DNA of 64,000 bases from an uncultured Eubacteriales bacterium (GTDB lineage Bacteria > Bacillota > Clostridia > Oscillospirales > Oscillospiraceae). The DNA lies in assembly GCA_900319635.1 (NCBI GenBank), contig ONPF01000014.1, forward strand, positions 21,009 through 85,008, given 5' to 3'. The notes below the pieces were generated by a model. That model had not been told where the DNA came from. It worked only from the letters and a program-made list of their open reading frames with translations, and searched no databases. Of this stretch, positions 34,802 through 43,404 are shown in pieces (position 1 is the first letter of the stretch; every line of letters begins with the position of its first letter). The position numbers and the translations under genes are program-made.

Positions 34802-37042
34802 ATGGCTAAGAAAAAGGAACCCGAAAAGAAGAAATTTGACAATCCCAACGTGGTAGGCCTGCGCTCCGAGGTGCTGGAGCAGCCCATCACCGAGACGCTG
34901 GAGCAGAACTTCATGCCCTACGCCATGAGCGTGATCGTCTCCCGCGCCATCCCGGAGATCGACGGCTTCAAGCCCTCCCACCGGAAGCTCCTCTACACCA
35001 TGTTCAAGATGGGGCTTCTCAGCGGCGCGCGCACCAAGAGCGCCAACATCGTGGGCCAGACCATGCGCCTCAACCCCCACGGCGACGCCGCCATCTACGA
35101 GACCATGGTGCGTCTCGCCACCGGCAACGAGGCGCTGCTGACCCCCTTTGTGGACTCCAAGGGCAACTTCGGCAAGGTCTATTCCCGGGACATGTCCTAC
35201 GCCGCCTCCCGCTACACGGAGGCAAAGCTTTCCCCCATCTGCGCAGAGCTGTTCCGGGACATCGACAAGGAGACCGTGGATTTCGCCGACAACTACGACG
35301 GCAGCATGAAGGAGCCCACGCTCCTGCCCACCGCCTTCCCCAATGTCCTGGTGTCCAACAACACCGGCATCGCCGCCGGCATGGCCAGCGCCATCTGCGG
35401 CTTCAACCTGGGCGAGGTCTGCGACACCACCATCGCCCTCCTGCGGGACCCGGAGCACGACATTCTTTCCACCCTCCCCGCGCCGGACTTCCCCACCGGA
35501 GGCGAGATCATCTATGACCGGGCGGAGATGGAGAAGATCTACCGTACAGGCCGGGGCAGCGTGAAGCTCCGCGCCCGCTGGCGCTATCTCAGCAAGGAAA
35601 ACATTATCGAGATCTACGAGATCCCCTACACCACCACCTCCGAGGCCATTCTGGACAAGGTGGCGGAGCTCATCAAGGCCGGCAAGATCCGGGAGATCAA
35701 CGACATGCGGGACGAGACCGATCTGAGCGGCCTGCGCCTCGCCATCGACCTGAAACGGGGCGTGGATCCGGACAAGCTCATGCAGAAGCTCATGAAGCTC
35801 ACGCCCCTGCAGGACGCCTTTGCCTGCAACTTCAACATCCTGGTGGGCGGCAATCCCCGGGTGCTGGGGGTGCGGGAGATCCTGGAGGAGTGGATCGCCT
35901 GGCGCACGGACTGCGTCCGCCGCCGGGTCTACTTCGACCTGGCCCGGAAGAAGGAAAAGCTCCACCTGCTGCAGGGTCTGCAGCGCATCCTGCTGGACAT
36001 CGACAAGGCCATCGCCATCATCCGCAACACCGAGCTGGAGGCGGACGTGGTGCCCAACCTGATGATGGGCTTCGGCATCGACCAGATCCAGGCGGAGTAT
36101 GTGGCGGAGATCAAGCTGCGCAACATCAACCGGGAATACATTCTCAAGCGCACCGCCGAGACCGAGGAGCTGGAGCAGGCCATCGAGGAGCTGGAGGCTA
36201 CGCTGAATAACCGGCGGAAGCTGCGCAGCATCATCATCGACGAGCTCAGGCAGGTGAACAAGAAGTACCCCTCGCCGCGCAGGAGCATCATCGTCTACGC
36301 CGACGAAATCGAGGAGTTTGACGAGAGTGAGACCGTGGAGGACTACCCCGTCACCCTCTTCCTCTCCCGGGAGGGCTATTTCAAGAAGATCACCGCCCAG
36401 TCCCTGCGGATGAGCGGCGAGCAGAAGTATAAGGAGGGCGACGGGCTGATGGCCTCCTTCGAGTCCTCCAACCGGCGGGAGCTGCTGATCCTGACGGATC
36501 GGCAGCAGATGTACAAGTGCCGGGTCTCGGACTTTGAGGACGGCAAGGCCTCGGCGCTGGGCGTGTACCTGCCCACAAAGCTGCAGATGGACGAGGGGGA
36601 GAGCGTGCTGGCCATGCTCGACCCGCTGGATTACAAGGGACAGCTGCTGCTCTTCTTTGAAAACGGCAAGGCCGCCCGGATCGAGCTTTCCGCCTACGAG
36701 ACCAAGACCAACCGGCGCAAGCTGGTGGGCGCTTATTCGGACAAGAGCCCGGTGCGCGCCGTGCTGGTGCTGCGGGAAGAGGCCGACGTCGCCGTGGAGG
36801 CCAGCGACGGCCGCTGCCTGGTGTTCCACACTTCCCTGCTGCAGCCCAAGACCAGCCGCAGCACCCAGGGCGTGGGCGTGATGGCGCTGAAGCCGAAGAA
36901 GCTGCTGACCGGCGCCGCCTTCCTGGCGGACACCCCCATCCGGGACGTAAAGCGCTACCGCGTCCGCTCCATCCCCGCCGCCGGCGCCCTTCTCAGGCCG
37001 GAGGATCGGGGCGAGGAGCAGATGACTTTGACGGAGGAATAA
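34802..37042 (+). CDS. parC: Type IIA topoisomerase subunit A (ParC/GyrA paralogue)
   Basis: SRAIPEIDGFKPSHRK, HGD and AASRYTE (catalytic Tyr). At 746 aa it is shorter than typical GyrA. Confidence 0.8.
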   Translation: MAKKKEPEKKKFDNPNVVGLRSEVLEQPITETLEQNFMPYAMSVIVSRAIPEIDGFKPSHRKLLYTMFKMGLLSGARTKSANIVGQTMRLNPHGDAAIYETMVRLATGNEALLTPFVDSKGNFGKVYSRDMSYAASRYTEAKLSPICAELFRDIDKETVDFADNYDGSMKEPTLLPTAFPNVLVSNNTGIAAGMASAICGFNLGEVCDTTIALLRDPEHDILSTLPAPDFPTGGEIIYDRAEMEKIYRTGRGSVKLRARWRYLSKENIIEIYEIPYTTTSEAILDKVAELIKAGKIREINDMRDETDLSGLRLAIDLKRGVDPDKLMQKLMKLTPLQDAFACNFNILVGGNPRVLGVREILEEWIAWRTDCVRRRVYFDLARKKEKLHLLQGLQRILLDIDKAIAIIRNTELEADVVPNLMMGFGIDQIQAEYVAEIKLRNINREYILKRTAETEELEQAIEELEATLNNRRKLRSIIIDELRQVNKKYPSPRRSIIVYADEIEEFDESETVEDYPVTLFLSREGYFKKITAQSLRMSGEQKYKEGDGLMASFESSNRRELLILTDRQQMYKCRVSDFEDGKASALGVYLPTKLQMDEGESVLAMLDPLDYKGQLLLFFENGKAARIELSAYETKTNRRKLVGAYSDKSPVRAVLVLREEADVAVEASDGRCLVFHTSLLQPKTSRSTQGVGVMALKPKKLLTGAAFLADTPIRDVKRYRVRSIPAAGALLRPEDRGEEQMTLTEE

Positions 37043-37045
37043 GCG

Positions 37046-37927
37046 ATGCAAGACAAAAAGACGGGCAAAGCCCTCTGGCGGCAAATCCGAAAGTACGGCC
37101 TGATCGTGCTGGGCTCCTTCATTTACGGCTTCAGCTTTCAGGCCTTCCTGTTTCCCAACAGCATCGTGTCCGGAGGCGTCACCGGTATCGCCATGATCCT
37201 CAACGCCTTTACCCACTGGCCCATCGGCTTGATGGTGATCGCCATGAACGTGCCCCTCTTCCTCGTCGCCTGGCGGCACTTCGGGCTGGACTTTCTCATC
37301 AGCTCCCTTGTTGGCATGGCCCTGTCCTCCATCTTCGTGGATCTCTTTGCTCTGACGGGCCTGGTGCTGACGAGCGACCCCCTGCTGGCCAGTGTCATCG
37401 GCGGCGTCATCAAGGGCGTGGGTCTGGGCATGATCTATTACTACGGCGCCACCACCGGCGGCATCGACATCGTGGTGAAGCTCCTGCGCACGCGCTTCAT
37501 GCAGCTCAACTTCGGCACCATCATGCTGATCCTGGACGCGGCCATCATTCTGGCCTACGCGCTGATCATCAAGAACTACGACAGCGCCATGTATTCCGTC
37601 ATCACCATGTTCGTGGTCACCAAGGTCATCGACTTGGTGCTTTACGGGCTGGACATGTCCTGCGTCTGCCACATCATCAGCGAGAAGAGCGAGGAGCTGA
37701 TCCGGGAGCTGACCAGCGGCCACGTGCACCGGGGCGTCACCATCCTGGAGGGCGAGGGCGCCTATTCCCGCAAGCAGAAGCATGTGATCCTCTGCGTCAT
37801 CAAGCGCAGCCAGATCCCCGAGCTGCGCCGCACCATCCGGGATCTGGACGAAAACGCCTTCGTCATCATCACGGACGCCAAAAACGTCTTCGGCAGAGGC
37901 TTTGAAAACATAGCGGAGGTAAGGTGA
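37046..37927 (+). CDS. YitT-family membrane protein (DUF2179 C-terminus)
   Basis: N-terminal TM bundle with GGVTG/GGIDIV motifs and a soluble C-terminal domain. Confidence 0.85.
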   Translation: MQDKKTGKALWRQIRKYGLIVLGSFIYGFSFQAFLFPNSIVSGGVTGIAMILNAFTHWPIGLMVIAMNVPLFLVAWRHFGLDFLISSLVGMALSSIFVDLFALTGLVLTSDPLLASVIGGVIKGVGLGMIYYYGATTGGIDIVVKLLRTRFMQLNFGTIMLILDAAIILAYALIIKNYDSAMYSVITMFVVTKVIDLVLYGLDMSCVCHIISEKSEELIRELTSGHVHRGVTILEGEGAYSRKQKHVILCVIKRSQIPELRRTIRDLDENAFVIITDAKNVFGRGFENIAEVR

Positions 37928-39120
37928 TTTCCATGAAACGCCGTTTGGCGGCGCTGCTGCTGGCCGGCTGCGCCCTGCTGCTCTCCGGCTGCGGCAATCT
38001 CTTCGATCAGGAATACGTCTCCATCACCGACTACGAGCCTCCCGTGCAGGAGCCTGCAGGCGGGGAGGACAGCATCAGCGTCCGGGACGTGGACGAGCTG
38101 CGGGAGGTGCTGGTGGAGCAGCTGAACGCGGGGGCGGAGGACGTCCGCGTGATTTTCGACGCGGCCTACGCGGGGGACATCAACGCGGATCTGGCCGCCG
38201 TGTGCTGGCAGGTACGCACCCGGGACGCGCTCTTTGCCTACTGCGTGGAGTCCATCTCCTACGACGTGAGCAAGCTGGTGAACCACTACGAGGTGCGCTT
38301 CACCATCCGCTACACCGAGGCGGATCGGGACAGCATCGTCCGCCTGCAGCTCACAAACGGCCTGGAGGCCAAGCTGCGGGAGGCCATCCAGCAGGGCGAC
38401 AGCCGCCTGGTGGTGCTCATCGGGCGAAGCTCTCTCAGCGCCGAGGATGTGGAGAGTCTGGCCAGCCGCGTCTACCGGAATAATCCCATCGCGGAGCCGA
38501 GGGAGCCCCGGGTCACGGTGAACATGCTCAGCGGCACCGGGATGCAGCGCCTGTACGAGATCAACTTCAACTACAGCATGAGCCCGGAGGAGCTGGCGGA
38601 GCGCCGGGAGGCGCTGCAGGCGCTGGCGCCCTTCGCCGGGGAGGAGGAGCCCTCCGCCGACCCCGCCCTGTGCGCCCTGGCCGCCTGCGAATATCTGCTG
38701 GAAAACTGCAGCTACACCGAGAGCGGGCAAAACGACATCTACTCCGCGCTGATCCTGGGCGAGGCCAACAGCGAGGGCATGGCCCTGGCCTATGTGGAGC
38801 TCTGCCGCCAGCTGGACATTCCCTGTCAGATCGTCTACGGGCAGCGAAACTGGCGCAGTCACTGCTGGAACATTATCCAGTTGGGCGGTGATTCCTACCA
38901 CGTGGATGTGTCGGTCTGCGCCGAGCAGGGCCTGGAGAGCGGCTTCCTGCTGCCGGACGAGACCATGTGGGGGCACTACCGCTGGGACATCTCCTCCTAT
39001 CCCCCCTGCCGGGGCAAGATGTCCTATGCCGCGCTGATTCCGCCCGCCCCGGAGGAGGAGGGCGTGGACGAGGCCGACGGAGAGCCGGGCGAGATCCCCG
39101 CAGAGAGCCCGGAGCCATAA
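37924..39120 (+). CDS. Lipoprotein with transglutaminase-like C-terminal fold
   Basis: Lipobox LLLSGC. The C-terminus ..ALAYVELCRQLDIPCQIVYG..SHCWNII..YHVDVS resembles a transglutaminase-like core, but a catalytic Cys is not obvious. The start could instead be the ATG at 37933. Confidence 0.7.
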   Translation: MISMKRRLAALLLAGCALLLSGCGNLFDQEYVSITDYEPPVQEPAGGEDSISVRDVDELREVLVEQLNAGAEDVRVIFDAAYAGDINADLAAVCWQVRTRDALFAYCVESISYDVSKLVNHYEVRFTIRYTEADRDSIVRLQLTNGLEAKLREAIQQGDSRLVVLIGRSSLSAEDVESLASRVYRNNPIAEPREPRVTVNMLSGTGMQRLYEINFNYSMSPEELAERREALQALAPFAGEEEPSADPALCALAACEYLLENCSYTESGQNDIYSALILGEANSEGMALAYVELCRQLDIPCQIVYGQRNWRSHCWNIIQLGGDSYHVDVSVCAEQGLESGFLLPDETMWGHYRWDISSYPPCRGKMSYAALIPPAPEEEGVDEADGEPGEIPAESPEP

Positions 39121-39121
39121 G

Positions 39122-39156
39122 AAGAGACCCGGAATGCAAAAAATTCCGGGTCTCTT
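39122..39156. terminator. Terminator hairpin between convergent genes
   Basis: 14-bp stem aagagacccggaat/attccgggtctctt. Confidence 0.8.
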
Positions 39157-39160
39157 TCTC

Positions 39161-39191
39161 TCAAAACTCAAAACTGAAAACTCAAAACTCA
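39161..39191 (-). repeat. TGA heptad array (TGAGTTT units) overlapping the tmcAL stop
   Basis: Plus-strand tca at 39161, 39168, 39182 (the stop) and 39189. The 39175 unit reads TGA on the plus strand instead. Confidence 0.75.
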
Positions 39192-40387
39192 AGCCGCGGC
39201 ATGCGGCGCCAGTCCTCGCCGGGGCGGCGCTGCTCCTCCTCGGGAAAGCCCAGGACATAGAAATCGTGAGCCCGGGCGCCGAGACGGAAGAGCGCCTCAC
39301 AGTCCTCCCCCAGCTCCCGCACGGCGCCGGGTCTGGTGAGGATCGGCACGCCGCTCTGCCCGGAGAGCTCCCGCAGCAGCGCCCGACCCCGGGCATTCGC
39401 CGCGAGAACGCGGGCATAGGGCGGCAGCCCCCGGGCCATCTCTCCCCGGATTCCCAGGGCGGCGCAGAGGCACATCCGCCGCAGGCGGGCCAGGGCATAG
39501 CGCTTGCTCTTGGCCGCGGCCAGGATCCCCTCCAGGCTCGCCTCCTCCTGCACGGCGCGATAGAGGCGCCTTCCCAGGCCGCCTTCCGCGTCCGGGAGCT
39601 TACCGTAATCCGTCTCCTCCAGCATCCGCAGACGGGAGAGCAGGGCGAGCTCCGGCAGACGCGGGTCCCGCAGCTCCCGCCCCAGCGCACGCTCCCGGGC
39701 GTAGACCTCCTCCGCCGGCCGGGGGACTTCCCCCGCGATGCTCTCCCCCGCCCGCAGCATGCGGCGCAGCTTGGAGGCGGAGCGGGGGCCTTCGCCGTCC
39801 CCTTCCCCGTCGTGGGGGGCGCCCTCGCGCAGGATCGGCAGCGGCGTGAGGGGCAGACCCAGCTCCCCGATGGCTTTCAGATACTCCACGGCCAGGATGT
39901 TGTTGGGCTGGCGCAGCAGCAGGGCCGGATCGCCCAGCCTTTGCTGCGCCGCCCGCTCCCGCGCTGCGGCAAAGGAGAGACTGGGCTCCCGCTCCAGCAG
40001 CGCCTTGATCTCAAGGAGAAAGCCAGGCTCCCGCAGGGTGTCTGCCAGCGCCCTAAGCGCCTCCAGCTCCCCGGTCTCGCTGCCGAAGCTCAGGTGCGTG
40101 CATCCAAGGGCGCCCAGCAGGCTCACCGCGCCCCGGGCAAAGCCCTCCGCGGAGCTGAGGCACCAGGGCAGGGGCAGCTCGATCACCAGATCGGCCCCGC
40201 AGCGGCAGGCGGCCTCTGCCCGGGCGAACTTATCGTACACCGCGGCCTCGCCCCGCTGGACGAAGTCCCCGGACTGTACGCAAATCACCGGGCTCTCCTC
40301 CCCCAGGGCGGCGCGGCTCTTCTGAATATGCAGTTCGTGACCCCGGTGGAAGGGGTTATACTCACAGACGATCCCAATGACGGCCAT
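39182..40387 (-). CDS. tmcAL: tRNA(Met) cytidine acetate ligase (UPF0348/YlbM nucleotidyltransferase)
   Basis: MAVIGIVCEYNPFHRGH signature. The start is trimmed to the ATG at 40387. Confidence 0.85.
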   Translation of the reverse strand: MAVIGIVCEYNPFHRGHELHIQKSRAALGEESPVICVQSGDFVQRGEAAVYDKFARAEAACRCGADLVIELPLPWCLSSAEGFARGAVSLLGALGCTHLSFGSETGELEALRALADTLREPGFLLEIKALLEREPSLSFAAARERAAQQRLGDPALLLRQPNNILAVEYLKAIGELGLPLTPLPILREGAPHDGEGDGEGPRSASKLRRMLRAGESIAGEVPRPAEEVYARERALGRELRDPRLPELALLSRLRMLEETDYGKLPDAEGGLGRRLYRAVQEEASLEGILAAAKSKRYALARLRRMCLCAALGIRGEMARGLPPYARVLAANARGRALLRELSGQSGVPILTRPGAVRELGEDCEALFRLGARAHDFYVLGFPEEEQRRPGEDWRRMPRLEF

Positions 40388-40410
40388 AGACTTCTCCCGA
40401 GAAAAAAGAC

Positions 40411-40438
40411 TTGCAATATTCTGTGTTTGTATTAAAAT
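40411..40438 (+). promoter_or_regulatory. Putative ackA promoter
   Basis: TTGCAA-16nt-TAAAAT. Confidence 0.45.
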
Positions 40439-40497
40439 AGTCTTTGCGTGTATTCTATCGAATTTCCCCAAAGTTTACAAGTGAAAGGAAACGATTT

Positions 40498-41694
40498 ATG
40501 AAAATTCTCGTCATCAACGCAGGCAGCTCTTCCCTGAAGTATCAGCTCATTGATATGGAGACCGAGGCCGTGCTGGCCAAGGGTCTCTGCGAGCGCATCG
40601 GCATCGACGGCCACCTGAAGCACACCCCGCTGGTGGAGGGCAAGGCGGTCTTCAACGAGGACGTGGCCATGCCCACCCACTCCGAGGCCATTGCCGCCGT
40701 CATCGACAAGCTCACCAGCCCCCAGTACGGCGTGGTCAACTCCATGAAGGAGATCGACGCGGTGGGTCACCGGGTCGTCCACGGCGGGGAGAAGTTCGCC
40801 TCCTCCGTGCGCATCACCGACGATGTGATGAAGGCCATCGAGGAGTGCATCCCCTTCGCGCCGCTGCACAACCCCGCCAACATCACCGGCATCAAGGCCT
40901 GCCAGGCCGTCATGGGCGACGTGCCCATGGTCGCCGTGTTCGACACCGCCTTCCATCAGACCATGCCCGGCAAGGCCTTCATGTACGCCCTGCCCTATCA
41001 GTACTACCTCTCCAACGGCGTGCGGCGCTACGGCTTCCACGGCACCAGCCACCGCTACGTCTCCGCCCGCTGCGCGGAGCTCATGGGCAAACCCATCGAG
41101 GAGCTGAAGATCGTCTCCTGCCACATGGGCAACGGCTCCTCCCTGGCCGCCATCGACCACGGCAAGTGCGTGGACACCTCCATGGGCTTCACCCCGCTGG
41201 TGGGTCTGCCCATGGGCACCCGCTGCGGCGATCTGGACGCGGGCGTCATCCAGTACCTGATGAACAAGTACGGCTACAGCATTGACGAGATGCTGAACAT
41301 CCTGAACAAGAAGTCCGGCGTGCTGGGCGTCTCCGGCGTCTCTTCCGACTTCCGCGATCTGGACAAGGCCGCCGCCGAGGGCAACGAGCGGGCCAAGCTC
41401 GCCCTGGACATGTTCCACTACTGGGTGGCCAAGGTGGCCGGCTCCTACGTCGCCGCCATGAACGGCGTGGACGCCATCGTCTACACCGCCGGTGTGGGCG
41501 AGAACAGCAGCGCCACCCGCGCCGCCATCTCCGAGTACTTCGGCTATCTGGGCGTCAAGATCGACCCCGTGGCCAATTCCAAGCGGGGCGAGGATATCGA
41601 GATCAGCACCCCCGACTCCAAGGTGAAGGTCTTCGTGATCCCCACCAACGAGGAGCTGGTCATCGCCCGCGACACCCGCGACATCGTTGCGTAG
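40498..41694 (+). CDS. ackA: Acetate kinase
   Basis: MKILVINAGSSSLKYQL, HRVVHGG, FHGTSHRY, GTRCGDLD, IPTNEE. Confidence 0.95.
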   Translation: MKILVINAGSSSLKYQLIDMETEAVLAKGLCERIGIDGHLKHTPLVEGKAVFNEDVAMPTHSEAIAAVIDKLTSPQYGVVNSMKEIDAVGHRVVHGGEKFASSVRITDDVMKAIEECIPFAPLHNPANITGIKACQAVMGDVPMVAVFDTAFHQTMPGKAFMYALPYQYYLSNGVRRYGFHGTSHRYVSARCAELMGKPIEELKIVSCHMGNGSSLAAIDHGKCVDTSMGFTPLVGLPMGTRCGDLDAGVIQYLMNKYGYSIDEMLNILNKKSGVLGVSGVSSDFRDLDKAAAEGNERAKLALDMFHYWVAKVAGSYVAAMNGVDAIVYTAGVGENSSATRAAISEYFGYLGVKIDPVANSKRGEDIEISTPDSKVKVFVIPTNEELVIARDTRDIVA

Positions 41695-41797
41695 TACTTA
41701 GTGCTTAGTAATTAGTACATAGGGGACGGAGGAAGCGTTTTCGCATCCTTCGTCCCCTAACTACTACGCACTAAGCACTACGCACTAAGCACTACGC
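41692..41797. terminator. Composite element: five TAG heptads, a 17-bp-arm hairpin (41721..41758), then six mirror-image TAG heptads on the minus strand
   Basis: Plus-strand TAG at 41692 (the ackA stop), 41699, 41706, 41713 and 41720. Plus-strand cta at 41757, 41764, 41771, 41778, 41785 and 41792. The dut stop is at 41800..41802. Confidence 0.8.
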
Positions 41798-41799
41798 CC

Positions 41800-42225
41800 T
41801 CACACCCCCGTGGAGCCGAAGCCGCCGCGGCTCTCGGCGCGCAGGTGCTCCACCGTCTCAAACTCCAGCTCCGGCTGCTTTTCCAGGATGCGGAACTGGC
41901 AGATCCGGTCGTTTTTGCGGATCACGGTGTCCCGCATGGCCAGGATCGGCAGGCGCCACTCGTCCTCCTCCCCGCAGTAGGAGTTGTCGATGACGCCGAA
42001 GGAGTTTGCAACGATCACGCCGAAGTTTTTGAAGGTGCTGCTGCGGGGCGCCACATGGGCCTCATAGCCCGCGGGCAGGATCATGCCCACCCCCAGGCGC
42101 AGATAGCAAAAGTCCCCCGCGCGCAGCTCCAGATCCTCCGCCGCCCGCAGGTCGATCCAGTCCCCCTTCTGGAGCTTCTCCACCGGCTGCAGCCCTTCCA
42201 CGAAGTATTTCACCTGAATTTTCAT
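41800..42225 (-). CDS. dut: dUTP diphosphatase
   Basis: GYEAHVAPRSS, GVIDNSY and a C-terminal RGGFGSTG motif. Confidence 0.9.
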   Translation of the reverse strand: MKIQVKYFVEGLQPVEKLQKGDWIDLRAAEDLELRAGDFCYLRLGVGMILPAGYEAHVAPRSSTFKNFGVIVANSFGVIDNSYCGEEDEWRLPILAMRDTVIRKNDRICQFRILEKQPELEFETVEHLRAESRGGFGSTGV

Positions 42226-42298
42226 CCCGATCCCCCATTTTCAAGCTATTTTCGGGGCAAATCGCCCCCGAATCATACACTTTCCCCCGCATTGCCGC

Positions 42299-42327
42299 TT
42301 GACGGGGCGAAAAAACGCGTGTACAAT
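42299..42327 (+). promoter_or_regulatory. Putative promoter of the hydrolase gene
   Basis: TTGACG-17nt-TACAAT. Confidence 0.4.
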
Positions 42328-42373
42328 TTATGTAGATACACGGACATTTTAGCATAGATGGGAGGAAGAATCC

Positions 42374-43315
42374 ATGCCTAAATTTGAAGATTTCACCTTT
42401 GAATCCAGCACCGGAAAGAATCTGCTCCACGCCCGCCGCTGCATCCCCGACGGCAAGCCCCGGGCCGTTGTGCAGATCGAACACGGCGTGGCCGACCATA
42501 TCAGCCGCTACGACGATCTGATGGAGTATCTGGCGAAAAACGGCATCGTCTGCGTGGGAGACGACCATCTGGGTCACGGGGAGAGCATCCGCGAGCCGGA
42601 GCAGCAGGGCTTCTTCAACGAGGAGGACGGCTGGAACTGCGTCGTGAAGGACGTGGACACCCTGCGGGATCTGACGAGGCGGGATTATCCCGATCTGCCC
42701 TACATCTTCTTCGGCCACAGCATGGGCAGCTTCGTGGTGCGCACCTACCTGATCCAGCACCCGGACAAGTATGACGCCGCCATCCTCAGCGGCACCGGCC
42801 ACCAGAACAAGCTGATGATCCTGGCCGGCTACACCGCCGCAAGCCTGATGACCAAGAGCAAGGGCCCCATGGGCGACGGGAAGAAGCTCAACGACATGGC
42901 CTTCGGCTCCTACTGCAAGAAGATCCCCAATCCCCGCACGGAGTTTGACTGGATCAGCCGGGACGAGGCCGCCGTGGACAAGTACATCGCCGATCCGTAC
43001 TGCGGCTTTGTGTGCAAGGTGAGCCTGTACCGGGACATGATGGCGGGCGTGAAGTTCATCACCAACCAGAAGAACATCGACAAGATGAACAAGGAAGCCC
43101 CGGTGTACTTCATGTCCGGCGACGCCGACCCCGTGGGCGACTACGGCGTGGGCGTGGAGCGGGCCTACCGGGCCTTCTGCAGCGCCGGTCTCAAGGACGT
43201 GAGCATGAAGCTCTACCCCGGCGGCCGGCACGAGATGCTCAACGAGACCAATAAGGAGGACGTGAAGAAGGATATCCTGGACTGGATCAACGAAAAGCTG
43301 AAGAAGATCTCCTGA
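42374..43315 (+). CDS. Alpha/beta hydrolase (lysophospholipase/monoacylglycerol-lipase-like)
   Basis: GHSMGS nucleophile elbow, HG oxyanion motif, C-terminal GGRHE. Confidence 0.85.
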   Translation: MPKFEDFTFESSTGKNLLHARRCIPDGKPRAVVQIEHGVADHISRYDDLMEYLAKNGIVCVGDDHLGHGESIREPEQQGFFNEEDGWNCVVKDVDTLRDLTRRDYPDLPYIFFGHSMGSFVVRTYLIQHPDKYDAAILSGTGHQNKLMILAGYTAASLMTKSKGPMGDGKKLNDMAFGSYCKKIPNPRTEFDWISRDEAAVDKYIADPYCGFVCKVSLYRDMMAGVKFITNQKNIDKMNKEAPVYFMSGDADPVGDYGVGVERAYRAFCSAGLKDVSMKLYPGGRHEMLNETNKEDVKKDILDWINEKLKKIS

Positions 43316-43327
43316 ACCTGCGAACGC

Positions 43328-43361
43328 GCCCCCTCTGGCCTTTGTCAGAGGGGGCTTTTTG
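43328..43361 (+). terminator. Intrinsic terminator
   Basis: gccccctctg..cagagggggc followed by ttttt. Confidence 0.85.
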
Positions 43362-43381
43362 CGCTCCGGGGACGAGAAGAA

Positions 43382-43398
43382 TGAAGAATGAAAAATGA
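43382..43398 (+). repeat. TGA heptad array (TGAAGAA TGAAAAA TGA)
   Basis: TGA at 43382, 43389 and 43396. Confidence 0.7.
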
Positions 43399-43404
43399 AT
43401 CATT

